Source of the DNA: Bacillus subtilis subsp. subtilis str. 168
GTDB taxonomy: Bacteria; Bacillota; Bacilli; Bacillales; Bacillaceae
Reading direction: 5' to 3'
NCBI RefSeq assembly: GCF_000009045.1
Contig: NC_000964.3
Coordinates: 1,680,001-1,712,000 of the forward strand
DNA: 32,000 nt
Part shown: positions 21,016 through 30,847 of the stretch, piece by piece
How the letters are laid out: the number at the start of each line of letters is the position of its first letter
Numbering within the stretch: position 1 is the stretch's first letter
The notes under the pieces: model-generated
What the model was told of the DNA's origin: nothing
What the model saw: the letters and a program-made list of their open reading frames with translations, nothing else
The model's database searches: none
Made by a program: the position numbers and the translations under genes

Positions 21016-21231
21016 ATGATTAAAGTAACCCGTTTGAACGGGCAGCCCTTTACACTGAATGCGCTATTTATTGAACAGATTGAATGTTTTCCGGATACTA
21101 CAATTACTCTGTCAAATGGTAAGAAGTTTGTAGTAAAAGAAGATGAAGAAGCTGTTCTGGAAAAGATCGCAGCTTTCTACCGAAAAATACAAATATTTGC
21201 AATGGATCAAGGAATAGAGGAACCGGAATGA
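21016..21231 (+). CDS. swrD: SwrD (YlzI/FlbD family), swarming motility protein
   Basis: [47 protein letters not shown], located between flgE and fliL. Confidence 0.92.
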
Positions 21232-21650
21232 AGAAAAAGTTAATGATCATATTACTAATTATTCTTATCGTAATTGGTGCTCTCGGGGCGGCGGCTTATT
21301 TTGTTTTAGGCGGAAAGTCCGAAAAAAGTGAAGCGAAAAAAAGTATTGATGAAATCGTTGCGTCTTCTGTTGATGTAGAAGAGATCACAACAAATTTAAA
21401 GTCTGATAACATTATCCGTCTTGCTATTAAACTTGAAACTGATTCTGATAAATCAAAAGAAGAACTTGAGAAACGTGATTTCCAAGTGAAAGACGCTGTT
21501 ATATCACTGCTGGCTGATACGAATGCTGATCAGATTGAGGGAGACAAGGGAAAAGAAACCTTTAAGAAGGAACTAAAAGATAAAATAAATAGCTACCTCC
21601 AAGAAGGAAAAGTAGAAAAAGTGTATATTACCTCCTTTAATCTGCAATAA
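21228..21650 (+). CDS. fliL: Flagellar basal body-associated protein FliL
   Basis: N-terminal TM and FliL-like ectodomain; ATGA overlap with swrD. Confidence 0.94.
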
Positions 21651-21683
21651 AGCATAATTTGACAGAATACGGAGGTGAGGAAA

Positions 21684-22682
21684 ATGTCAGGAGAAGTTCT
21701 CTCCCAAAATGAAATAGATGCACTGCTCTCTGCAATATCAACTGGTGAAATGGACGCTGAAGAGCTGAAAAAAGAAGAAAAAGAGAAGAAAGTCAAGGTT
21801 TATGATTTCAAACGTGCGCTGCGGTTTTCTAAGGATCAGATCCGCAGTTTAACGAGAATTCATGACAATTTTGCAAGACTTCTTACCACTCATTTTTCTG
21901 CTCAGCTCAGAACCTATATTCACATATCTGTCAGTTCTGTTGATCAGGTTCCGTATGAGGAATTTATCAGATCGATTCCAAACATGACGATTCTGAATCT
22001 ATTTGATGTTCATCCGATGGAAGGAAGAATTATGATGGAGGTCAACCCCACGATAGCTTATACGATGATGGATCGAGTCATGGGCGGGATTGGAATCAGT
22101 CATAACAAGGTTGACAGTTTGACAGAAATTGAAACAAAAATCATTTCTAATTTATTTGAAAATGCACTGGGTAATTATAAAGAAGCTTGGCAGTCAATTG
22201 CTGATATTGAACCGGAAATGACTGAGTTTGAAGTGAATCCGCAATTTGTTCAGATGGTATCTCCTAATGAAACAGTCGTGGTGATCTCGCTCAATACTCA
22301 AATTGGTGAAATCAGCGGTGTCATTAATCTCTGTATCCCGCATATTGTACTCGAGCCGCTCATACCGAAGCTTTCAGTCCACTATTGGATGCAATCAGAC
22401 CGAAATGAGCCAAAGCCTGAGGAAACAAAGTCGCTTGAAAAACGTATCATGACAGCACAAATACCTGTCGTGGCCGAGCTCGGCACATCTGAACTGACGA
22501 TAGAAGAGTTTTTAAGTTTAGAAGTCGGAGACTGCATAACTTTGGACAAATCAGTCACGGATCCTCTTACTGTATTGGTCGGAGATAAGCCGAAATTTTT
22601 AGGACAAGCCGGCCGGGTGAATCGAAAACAGGCAGTGCAAATTTTAGATCACGACATAAGAGGTGAACAAGATGGAGAATAA
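21684..22682 (+). CDS. fliM: Flagellar motor switch protein FliM
   Basis: MSGEVLSQNEIDALLSAIS..., MMDRVMGGIG, C-terminal SpoA-like domain. SD ggaggtgagg precedes ATG 21684. Confidence 0.96.
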   Translation: MSGEVLSQNEIDALLSAISTGEMDAEELKKEEKEKKVKVYDFKRALRFSKDQIRSLTRIHDNFARLLTTHFSAQLRTYIHISVSSVDQVPYEEFIRSIPNMTILNLFDVHPMEGRIMMEVNPTIAYTMMDRVMGGIGISHNKVDSLTEIETKIISNLFENALGNYKEAWQSIADIEPEMTEFEVNPQFVQMVSPNETVVVISLNTQIGEISGVINLCIPHIVLEPLIPKLSVHYWMQSDRNEPKPEETKSLEKRIMTAQIPVVAELGTSELTIEEFLSLEVGDCITLDKSVTDPLTVLVGDKPKFLGQAGRVNRKQAVQILDHDIRGEQDGE

Positions 22683-23808
22683 TAGATTATCTCAAGATGA
22701 GATTGACGCGCTTCTTAACGGTACTGGCAGCACGCTTGATGAGCCAGAGATTCCGGAAGTAGATGACTTATCGGAAATGGAGCGTGATGCGATCGGTGAA
22801 ATCGGTAATATTTCATTCGGCAGTTCTGCGACAGCACTGTCAACGCTTTTAAATCAAAAGGTCGATATTACGACTCCAAGCGTAACGGTCATTCCAAGAA
22901 GTAAAATCAGCGATGCGTTTCCTGAACCGTATGTAGCGATTGAAGTGAATTATACGGAGGGCTTCAGCGGAAGCAACCTGTTAGTCGTGGAACAAAGTGA
23001 CGCGGCGATCATTGCGGACTTAATGATCGGGGGAGACGGAAAAGGTGCGGACCCTTCACTGGGTGAAATCCATTTAAGTGCGGTTCAAGAAGCAATGAAC
23101 CAAATGATGGGATCGGCTGCCACATCAATGTCTACTGTATTCAGTAAAAAAATTGATATTTCACCTCCTCGGGTTGAATTGCTGGATGTTACTGAAGAAA
23201 AGGGTACAGACCGTATTCCTGATGATGAAATGCTGGTGAAAGTTTCTTTCAACTTAAAGGTGGGAGAATTAATAGACTCCAGCATTATGCAACTTTACCC
23301 ATTGACATTTGCGAAAGATTTAATTTCAAGCCTTATGAACTCAGAAAGTGCAGAGGAAGAAGAAACGGTGCAGCCTGAAGTTACATACGAACAGCCGAAA
23401 GAGCCTGTGACGCCAGAGCCGCGTATTGAACCGAAGCAACAGCAGCAGCCGCCAAAAAGGCAGGGAACAGCAAAAAAAGCAGCGCCAGTTCAGGTTTCAC
23501 CGGTGGAATTTTCCGCGTTTGATCCAAACGAAGCTGTACAAGCCCCTATTCATAATCTGGATATGCTTTTGGATATCCCGCTTTCGATTACTGTTGAGCT
23601 TGGCAGAACGAAGAGAAGCGTAAAAGAGATTTTAGAGCTTTCTGCCGGAAGTATTATCGAGCTTGATAAATTAGCCGGTGAGCCTGTAGATATTTTAGTT
23701 AATCAGCGTATCGTTGCCAAAGGCGAGGTCGTTGTCATTGAAGAAAACTTCGGAGTGAGAGTCACTGACATTTTAAGCCAGGCAGAGCGCATTAATAATT
23801 TAAAATAA
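22672..23808 (+). CDS. fliY: Motor switch protein / CheY-P phosphatase FliY
   Basis: N-terminal LSQDEIDALL peptide, CheC-like repeats (MERDAIGEIGNISFGSSATALSTLLNQ; LSAVQEAMNQMMGSAATSMSTVF), FliN/SpoA C-terminal domain. Confidence 0.96.
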   Translation: MENNRLSQDEIDALLNGTGSTLDEPEIPEVDDLSEMERDAIGEIGNISFGSSATALSTLLNQKVDITTPSVTVIPRSKISDAFPEPYVAIEVNYTEGFSGSNLLVVEQSDAAIIADLMIGGDGKGADPSLGEIHLSAVQEAMNQMMGSAATSMSTVFSKKIDISPPRVELLDVTEEKGTDRIPDDEMLVKVSFNLKVGELIDSSIMQLYPLTFAKDLISSLMNSESAEEEETVQPEVTYEQPKEPVTPEPRIEPKQQQQPPKRQGTAKKAAPVQVSPVEFSAFDPNEAVQAPIHNLDMLLDIPLSITVELGRTKRSVKEILELSAGSIIELDKLAGEPVDILVNQRIVAKGEVVVIEENFGVRVTDILSQAERINNLK

Positions 23809-23833
23809 CGAAACACAAGGAGAGAGATAGATT

Positions 23834-24196
23834 ATGGCACATAGAATTTTAATTGTAGATGACGCAGCATTTATGCGAATGATGATTAAAGATATTTTGG
23901 TTAAAAATGGTTTTGAAGTTGTGGCGGAAGCTGAAAATGGAGCACAAGCGGTAGAGAAATATAAAGAGCATTCACCTGACCTTGTTACTATGGATATCAC
24001 GATGCCAGAAATGGATGGTATTACAGCATTAAAAGAAATTAAACAAATTGATGCGCAGGCAAGAATCATCATGTGTTCTGCTATGGGACAGCAATCAATG
24101 GTTATTGATGCCATTCAGGCCGGCGCTAAGGATTTCATTGTGAAACCTTTCCAGGCTGACCGTGTGCTTGAAGCAATCAACAAAACATTAAATTAA
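23834..24196 (+). CDS. cheY: Chemotaxis response regulator CheY
   Basis: Single receiver domain, MAHRILIVDDAAFMRMMIKDIL, VTMDITMPEMDG, FIVKPFQ. Confidence 0.97.
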   Translation: MAHRILIVDDAAFMRMMIKDILVKNGFEVVAEAENGAQAVEKYKEHSPDLVTMDITMPEMDGITALKEIKQIDAQARIIMCSAMGQQSMVIDAIQAGAKDFIVKPFQADRVLEAINKTLN

Positions 24197-24210
24197 AGGG
24201 TGTACGACTG

Positions 24211-24870
24211 TTGAAAAAGAGTCAATATTTTATTGTTTTTATTTGTTTTTTCGTTTTATTCAGTGTACATCCGATTGCTGCTGCCGCGGCAGACTCTGAT
24301 AATTCAACTGTAAACGAATGGTTTCAAAAGAAAGATGAAAAAACTGCAGATCAATCAGAGCAAAAGAAAGAAAAAACAACAAAAACTGCTGATGAGACGG
24401 AGGGAGCGGCTGCTCCTTCTGTCTCAGCTTTTGATTTTGTAAAGATGATTTTCGCTTTACTGTTTGTTATCGTGCTGATTTACGGGCTGGTTAAGCTCAT
24501 GAACAAAAGAAATCGGCTCCTAAAGCCTTTTCAATATGTTGAAAATATTGGCGGCACATCGGTCGGTCAGAACAGATCCATACAATTGATCAAGGTCGGG
24601 AAAAGTGTGCTCGTCGTCGGTGTAGGAGAGACGATCCAGCTGCTGAAAGAAATTGAGGATGAAAAAGAGATTGAAGTCATTCTCAGTCAGCATGAAGAGG
24701 CAATGTCAAGCAAAATAGAGTGGCAAAAGTTTGTGAAGCCGCTTAAGAGTTCTGAACATCAGCCGCAGCAAAAACTGCCTTCATTTTCAAAAGCATTAAA
24801 AGAGCAACTTGAAGAGTTAAAACAAAACCGTTCTGAAGGAAAGAAGAAAGGCCCACGTCATCATGAATGA
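24211..24870 (+). CDS. fliO: Flagellar biosynthesis protein FliO (FliZ) with N-terminal signal peptide
   Basis: TTG start; signal-like N-terminus MKKSQYFIVFICFFVLFSVHPIAAAAAD; TM FVKMIFALLFVIVLIYGLVKLM; located directly upstream of fliP. Confidence 0.9.
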   Translation: MKKSQYFIVFICFFVLFSVHPIAAAAADSDNSTVNEWFQKKDEKTADQSEQKKEKTTKTADETEGAAAPSVSAFDFVKMIFALLFVIVLIYGLVKLMNKRNRLLKPFQYVENIGGTSVGQNRSIQLIKVGKSVLVVGVGETIQLLKEIEDEKEIEVILSQHEEAMSSKIEWQKFVKPLKSSEHQPQQKLPSFSKALKEQLEELKQNRSEGKKKGPRHHE

Positions 24871-25528
24871 GTTTATAAATATTTTCAGTTCAAGCGATCC
24901 GGAAAACGTAAGTTCGACTGTTAAATTACTATTATTGTTAACTGTATTTTCAGTGGCGCCTGGAATATTGATTCTTATGACTTGTTTTACTCGCATCGTC
25001 ATTGTTCTGTCATTTGTCAGAACTTCACTTGCGACGCAATCTATGCCCCCAAACCAGGTTCTAATCGGGCTTGCGCTGTTTTTAACATTTTTTATTATGG
25101 CTCCTACTTTTTCAGAAATTAATAAAGAAGCGCTGACCCCATTAATGGACAACAAAATCAGCTTGGATGAAGCGTATACGAAAGCTGAGGAACCGATTAA
25201 AGAATTTATGAGTAAACACACAAGGCAGAAGGATCTGGCGCTGTTTATGAATTACGCGAAAATGGATAAACCTGAATCATTAAAGGATATTCCGTTAACA
25301 ACAATGGTTCCGGCTTTTGCCATATCGGAGCTTAAAACAGCATTTCAAATAGGTTTTATGATTTTTATCCCTTTTTTAATTATAGATATGGTAGTGGCGA
25401 GCGTCTTGATGTCAATGGGAATGATGATGCTGCCTCCAGTTATGATTTCTCTGCCCTTTAAAATATTACTTTTTGTTTTGGTAGACGGCTGGTATTTAAT
25501 TGTGAAATCTTTGCTTCAGAGCTTTTAG
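24863..25528 (+). CDS. fliP: Flagellar export protein FliP
   Basis: SFVRTSLATQSMPPNQVLIGLALFLTFFIM; MMLPPVMISLPFKILLFVLVDGW. Confidence 0.97.
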   Translation: MNEFINIFSSSDPENVSSTVKLLLLLTVFSVAPGILILMTCFTRIVIVLSFVRTSLATQSMPPNQVLIGLALFLTFFIMAPTFSEINKEALTPLMDNKISLDEAYTKAEEPIKEFMSKHTRQKDLALFMNYAKMDKPESLKDIPLTTMVPAFAISELKTAFQIGFMIFIPFLIIDMVVASVLMSMGMMMLPPVMISLPFKILLFVLVDGWYLIVKSLLQSF

Positions 25529-25542
25529 GGTAGGTGCTAAAC

Positions 25543-25812
25543 GTGAGTTCAGAATTTGTAATTTCTATGGCGGAAAAAGCCGTATACGTAACGCTGATGA
25601 TCAGCGGGCCATTATTGGCTATTGCTTTACTGGTCGGTTTAATTGTCAGCATATTTCAGGCGACAACTCAAATCCAGGAACAGACTTTGGCGTTTATTCC
25701 GAAAATCGTGGCGGTTCTCCTGGCTCTCATTTTTTTTGGTCCGTGGATGCTGTCGACGATTCTTTCATTTACAACAGAGCTGTTTTCTAATTTAAATCGT
25801 TTTGCAGGGTAA
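25543..25812 (+). CDS. fliQ: Flagellar export protein FliQ
   Basis: (V)SSEFVISMAEKAVYVTLMISGPLLAIALLVGLIVSIFQATTQIQEQTL; GTG 25543 after SD taggtg. Confidence 0.94.
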   Translation: MSSEFVISMAEKAVYVTLMISGPLLAIALLVGLIVSIFQATTQIQEQTLAFIPKIVAVLLALIFFGPWMLSTILSFTTELFSNLNRFAG

Positions 25813-25819
25813 TGTAGAG

Positions 25820-26599
25820 ATGAATTCAATTATTGACTTATTTCCTGCTTTTTTATTGGTTTTTATTAGAATCTCTGCTTTTTTTGTAACGATTCCGCTA
25901 TTTGGACATCGAAATGTGCCAGCTGTTCATCGCATAGGTTTTGCTTTTTTTCTTGCGGTCATTTGTTTCAGCACCATTGATAAACCGCCCTCTTTGGAGA
26001 TAGATGAGCACTATATGCTTTTGGCGTTTAAAGAAGCTTTGGTCGGCCTATGTCTGGGTTTAATTGCTTATATGATGATTGCCGCAGTGCAGATTGCCGG
26101 CTCGTTTATTGATTTTCAAATGGGATTTTCAATAGCAAACGTTATTGATCCGCAAACCGGTGCACAAAGTCCGTTGATTGGCCAGTTTATCTATACGATG
26201 GCACTTTTGTTTATGCTGAGTGTCAATGCCCACCATTTGTTGCTGGATGGTATTTACTACAGCTTTCAGTATATTTCAGTTGATCAGGCATTTCCGAATT
26301 TCGGCGATGAAAAGTTTGCCTATTTTATTGCGAAAAGCTTTAATGCAATGTTTATTATCGCTTTTCAAATGTCAGCGCCGGTTGTGGCCAGTTTGTTTCT
26401 AGTTGATTTAGCATTAGGTATCGTGGCTCGAACTGTTCCGCAGTTAAATGTATTTGTGGTCGGTCTGCCTTTAAAGATCGCTGTCAGTTTCATTATGCTC
26501 ATTGTATGTATGTCCGTTATCTTCGTCGTTGTCCGGAATGTTTTCAGTTTAACGATTGAAACGATGCGGAATCTTTTAGCATTGGTCGGTGTTTCTTAA
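25820..26599 (+). CDS. fliR: Flagellar export protein FliR
   Basis: MNSIIDLFPAFLLVFIRISAFFVTIPLFGHRNVPAVHRIGFAF... Confidence 0.96.
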   Translation: MNSIIDLFPAFLLVFIRISAFFVTIPLFGHRNVPAVHRIGFAFFLAVICFSTIDKPPSLEIDEHYMLLAFKEALVGLCLGLIAYMMIAAVQIAGSFIDFQMGFSIANVIDPQTGAQSPLIGQFIYTMALLFMLSVNAHHLLLDGIYYSFQYISVDQAFPNFGDEKFAYFIAKSFNAMFIIAFQMSAPVVASLFLVDLALGIVARTVPQLNVFVVGLPLKIAVSFIMLIVCMSVIFVVVRNVFSLTIETMRNLLALVGVS

Positions 26600-27681
26600 T
26601 GAAGCTTAGAGTTGACCTGCAGTTTTTTGCGGGAGAGAAGACAGAAAAAGCCACTCCGAAAAAACGGAAGGATACGCGAAAAAAAGGGCAGGTAGCCAAA
26701 AGCTCGGATGTCAATACCGCCGTTTCTTTACTGGTAATATTCCTTTCGCTTATTGCAATTGGTCCGTATATGAGAGACAGGCTGCTGTCATTCATAGAAA
26801 CATTTTATACCGAATCGCTCACAATGAAGCTCTCAGAATCAAATGTGCATACATTGTTTGTCAGCTTATTAAAGGATATGGGCATGATACTCGCACCGAT
26901 CTTGCTTGTTGCTCTTGTTGCAGGAGTCGTAAGCAACTATATGCAGGTTGGGTTCTTGTTTTCTGCTGAAGTGATACAGCCTAAGCTTGAAAAACTGGAT
27001 CCGATCAAAGGCTTTAAACGAATATACAGTATGAGGGCGATTGTAGAGCTGATTAAATCAATTTTGAAAATCGTAGTCGTCGGTTTTGCGGCTTTTGCTG
27101 TGCTTTGGCTGCATTATGGAGAAATTCTCCGGCTTCCTCTCCTGACACCCGAAGAGGCACTTTCTTTCGTTTCAAAACTCACTTTGTGGATGGGACTAAG
27201 CGGTGCAGGTGCATTGTTGATTCTTGCTGGTCTCGACTATTTATATCAGAGATTTGACTATGAGAAAAATATCAAAATGTCAAAACAAGATATAAAAGAT
27301 GAGTACAAAAAATCTGAAGGAGACCCGATTATCAAGTCTAAAATTAAACAAAGACAGCGGGAAATGGCGATGAGGCGGATGATGCAGGAAGTTCCAAAAG
27401 CAGATGTCATTATCACAAACCCGACTCACTATGCGATTGCTTTGAAATATGATGAAGAAAAAATGGACGCACCTTATATTGTTGCAAAAGGCGTCGACCA
27501 CCTTGCGTTAAAAATCAGGAAAATTGCTAAAGAGCATGATGTCATGATGGTAGAAAACAGACCGCTTGCCCGTGCGTTATATGATCAAGTGGAAATTGAC
27601 CAGGCAGTGCCGGAAGAATTTTTTAAAGTTTTAGCAGAAATTCTGGCTTACGTATATAAAACAAAACAAAAAGTATATTGA
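26599..27681 (+). CDS. flhB: Flagellar export protein FlhB
   Basis: EKTEKATPKKRKDTRKKGQVAKSSD and the autocleavage motif NPTH in ADVIITNPTHYAIALKYDEEK. Confidence 0.97.
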   Translation: MKLRVDLQFFAGEKTEKATPKKRKDTRKKGQVAKSSDVNTAVSLLVIFLSLIAIGPYMRDRLLSFIETFYTESLTMKLSESNVHTLFVSLLKDMGMILAPILLVALVAGVVSNYMQVGFLFSAEVIQPKLEKLDPIKGFKRIYSMRAIVELIKSILKIVVVGFAAFAVLWLHYGEILRLPLLTPEEALSFVSKLTLWMGLSGAGALLILAGLDYLYQRFDYEKNIKMSKQDIKDEYKKSEGDPIIKSKIKQRQREMAMRRMMQEVPKADVIITNPTHYAIALKYDEEKMDAPYIVAKGVDHLALKIRKIAKEHDVMMVENRPLARALYDQVEIDQAVPEEFFKVLAEILAYVYKTKQKVY

Positions 27682-27713
27682 ATTTTTCGATTTAAAAGGA
27701 GAGAAAAAACAGC

Positions 27714-29747
27714 ATGTCAACAAGAGATTTATCCGTTTTAATAAGTGTTGTCCTCATTGTGGCGATGCTGGTGATTCCATTTCCTCCATGGCTGTTAAGT
27801 ATTTTGATCATTATTAATATTTCTCTTGCGTTGATCGTGCTTCTCACCACAATGAATATGCAGGAAGCGCTTCAGTTTTCGATTTTTCCGTCACTGTTGC
27901 TGCTTTTGACCCTATTTCGTTTGGGCTTGAACGTCTCAACTACCCGTTCAATTCTTTCACACGGTGAGGGAGGTAAAGTCGTCGAGACTTTCGGAAATTT
28001 CGTTGTCGGCGGAAATGTATTAGTTGGACTCGTTGTATTTATCATCCTTATTATTATTCAGTTTATCGTCATTACAAAAGGTGCTGAACGTGTTTCCGAG
28101 GTTGCAGCAAGGTTTACGCTGGACGCAATGCCGGGGAAGCAGATGAGTATTGATGCTGATTTAAACGCAGGGATGATTACCGAACAGGAAGCGAAGCATC
28201 GCCGCGAAAAAGTGGCAAGAGAAGCAGACTTTTATGGAGCAATGGACGGTGCCAGTAAATTTGTAAAAGGTGACGCCATTGCCGGAATCATCATTGTGAT
28301 GATCAATATTATTTTCGGAATCGTGATCGGAATGCTTCAGCAGGGCATGTCCATTCAAGAAGCTGCTTCACACTTTACGATGCTGACTGTAGGGGATGGA
28401 ATTGTTTCGCAAATCCCGGCACTGTTAATTTCTACGGCTACGGGTATTGTGGTCACAAGAGCTGCATCTGAAGGAAACTTAGGGCATGACATTACAGGCC
28501 AGCTGTTTGCGTATCCAAAGCTTTTATACGTCGCAGCAGCTACGATCATGCTTTTAGGTATTTTCACTCCGATCGGCATCCTTCTGACGGGGCCGCTTGC
28601 GGGATTGCTTGCTTTTGGCGCATATACACTATCTAAATCAGGTAAGGAAAAAGAAGAAGTGGATGAGATTCTTGAGGAAGAGGCTGAGGTGGACGAGCTT
28701 AAAAGCCCTGAAAGTGTTGTTCAGCTTCTGCATATAGATCCGATAGAATTTGAGTTTGGATATGGCCTGATACCGCTTGCTGATGCCAATCAAGGCGGTG
28801 ATTTATTAGACCGAATTGTTATGATACGCCGTCAGTTGGCTTTGGAACTCGGGCTTGTCATTCCTGTCGTGCGAATCAGAGATAATATAGCGTTGCAGCC
28901 TAATGAATACCGATTGAAAATTAAAGGAAACGAAGTAGCAAAAGGCGAGCTGTTGCTTGATCATTATTTAGCGATGTCGCCTACTCCTGAGGACGATCTC
29001 ATTGAAGGGATTGAAACAGTGGAGCCTTCATTCGGACTGCCGGCTAAATGGATTAGCGAAGCGGTAAAGGATGAAGCCGACATGCTTGGTTATACAGTAG
29101 TTGATCCTGCATCAGTCGTTTCAACGCATATTACGGAGAAAATTAAGCAGCATGCCCACGAATTGATCGGAAGGCAGGAGACAAAACAGCTGATCGATCA
29201 CTTGAAAGAATCGTATCCAGTCCTGGTTGAAGAGGTTACGCCGAATCCATTGTCTGTCGGTGATATTCAGAAAGTGCTTGCTAAGCTTTTAAAAGAAAAA
29301 GTTTCAATTCGAAACTTAGTAACGATTTTTGAAACACTTGCTGACTATGGGAAATTAACAACAGATTCTGATCTCTTGACAGAGTATACAAGACAAGCGC
29401 TTGCTAAACAAATTACAGCCCAGTTTGCCAAAGAAAATGAAGTGTTGAAGGTTGTTACTTGTTCCGGCCGTGTAGAAAAAGCAATAGCAGACGGTGTGCA
29501 GCAGACGGAACACGGGAACTATTTATCACTTGAACCAGATATTTCAGAAAGTATAGTGCGCTCTGTCGCCAAAGAAGCTGAACAGCTCTCATTACGTCAG
29601 GAAACCGCGATTCTTCTTTGCTCGCCGCCTGTCAGAATGTATGTGAAGCAGCTACTGGAACGGTACTTCCCTGATCTTCCGGTACTCTCTTATAACGAAC
29701 TTGAGGCGAATGTTGAGGTACAAAGCATTGGAGTGGTGGATATTTAA
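27714..29747 (+). CDS. flhA: Flagellar export protein FlhA
   Basis: Multi-TM N-terminal region with FHIPEP signature region (RVSEVAARFTLDAMPGKQMSIDADLNAGMI) and soluble C-terminal domain. Confidence 0.97.
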   Translation: MSTRDLSVLISVVLIVAMLVIPFPPWLLSILIIINISLALIVLLTTMNMQEALQFSIFPSLLLLLTLFRLGLNVSTTRSILSHGEGGKVVETFGNFVVGGNVLVGLVVFIILIIIQFIVITKGAERVSEVAARFTLDAMPGKQMSIDADLNAGMITEQEAKHRREKVAREADFYGAMDGASKFVKGDAIAGIIIVMINIIFGIVIGMLQQGMSIQEAASHFTMLTVGDGIVSQIPALLISTATGIVVTRAASEGNLGHDITGQLFAYPKLLYVAAATIMLLGIFTPIGILLTGPLAGLLAFGAYTLSKSGKEKEEVDEILEEEAEVDELKSPESVVQLLHIDPIEFEFGYGLIPLADANQGGDLLDRIVMIRRQLALELGLVIPVVRIRDNIALQPNEYRLKIKGNEVAKGELLLDHYLAMSPTPEDDLIEGIETVEPSFGLPAKWISEAVKDEADMLGYTVVDPASVVSTHITEKIKQHAHELIGRQETKQLIDHLKESYPVLVEEVTPNPLSVGDIQKVLAKLLKEKVSIRNLVTIFETLADYGKLTTDSDLLTEYTRQALAKQITAQFAKENEVLKVVTCSGRVEKAIADGVQQTEHGNYLSLEPDISESIVRSVAKEAEQLSLRQETAILLCSPPVRMYVKQLLERYFPDLPVLSYNELEANVEVQSIGVVDI

Positions 29748-30847
29748 TGAAAATAAAAAAATTTACTGCTGCTTCAATGCAAGAAGCGGCACTTCTCATC
29801 AGAAAAGAGTTAGGTAATGAAGCGGTCATATTAAATTCGAAAAAAATTAAAAAGCGAAAATGGTTTGGCCTCGTCAACAAGCCTGCTGTTGAAGTAATCG
29901 CCGTATTGGATCAGGACTTTCTTGAGAAAAAAACGCCTCAGAAGGCAGCTGAACCGAAACAAACATTAAAAACTCCGGTCAGCAGTCCAAAAATAGAGGA
30001 GAGAACATATCCCCCTCAAATTCCGGCGCAACAGGAGCTAGGTGATTTTTCAGCATATCAATCTGTACTTCCTGAGCCGCTGCGAAAAGCAGAAAAGCTT
30101 TTGCAAGAAACAGGGATCAAAGAGTCTACGAAAACGAACACTCTGAAAAAATTGCTTCGCTTCTCTGTTGAAGCAGGCGGCTTGACTGAAGAAAATGTTG
30201 TCGGCAAACTTCAGGAAATACTATGCGATATGCTGCCCTCAGCAGACAAGTGGCAGGAGCCAATTCATTCAAAATATATCGTTCTCTTTGGTTCAACAGG
30301 GGCTGGTAAAACAACTACACTGGCTAAACTCGCAGCCATATCTATGCTTGAAAAACATAAAAAAATCGCTTTTATTACAACAGATACGTATCGTATTGCA
30401 GCTGTTGAACAGTTGAAAACATACGCTGAACTGCTGCAGGCTCCTCTGGAAGTTTGCTATACAAAAGAAGAATTTCAGCAGGCGAAGGAGCTATTTTCTG
30501 AGTATGATCATGTGTTTGTTGATACAGCTGGAAGAAACTTCAAAGACCCGCAATACATTGATGAACTGAAAGAAACGATTCCTTTTGAGAGCAGCATTCA
30601 GTCATTTCTTGTTTTATCCGCGACTGCAAAATATGAAGATATGAAGCATATTGTCAAACGGTTTTCATCCGTCCCTGTCAATCAGTATATTTTTACGAAA
30701 ATAGATGAAACGACTTCCTTAGGTTCTGTATTTAATATACTGGCAGAATCAAAAATAGGTGTCGGGTTTATGACTAACGGCCAGAATGTGCCTGAGGATA
30801 TACAGACTGTATCTCCACTTGGTTTTGTGAGGATGCTGTGCAGATGA
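29747..30847 (+). CDS. flhF: SRP-type GTPase FlhF
   Basis: [34 protein letters not shown]; NG domain with [32 protein letters not shown]. Confidence 0.96.
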
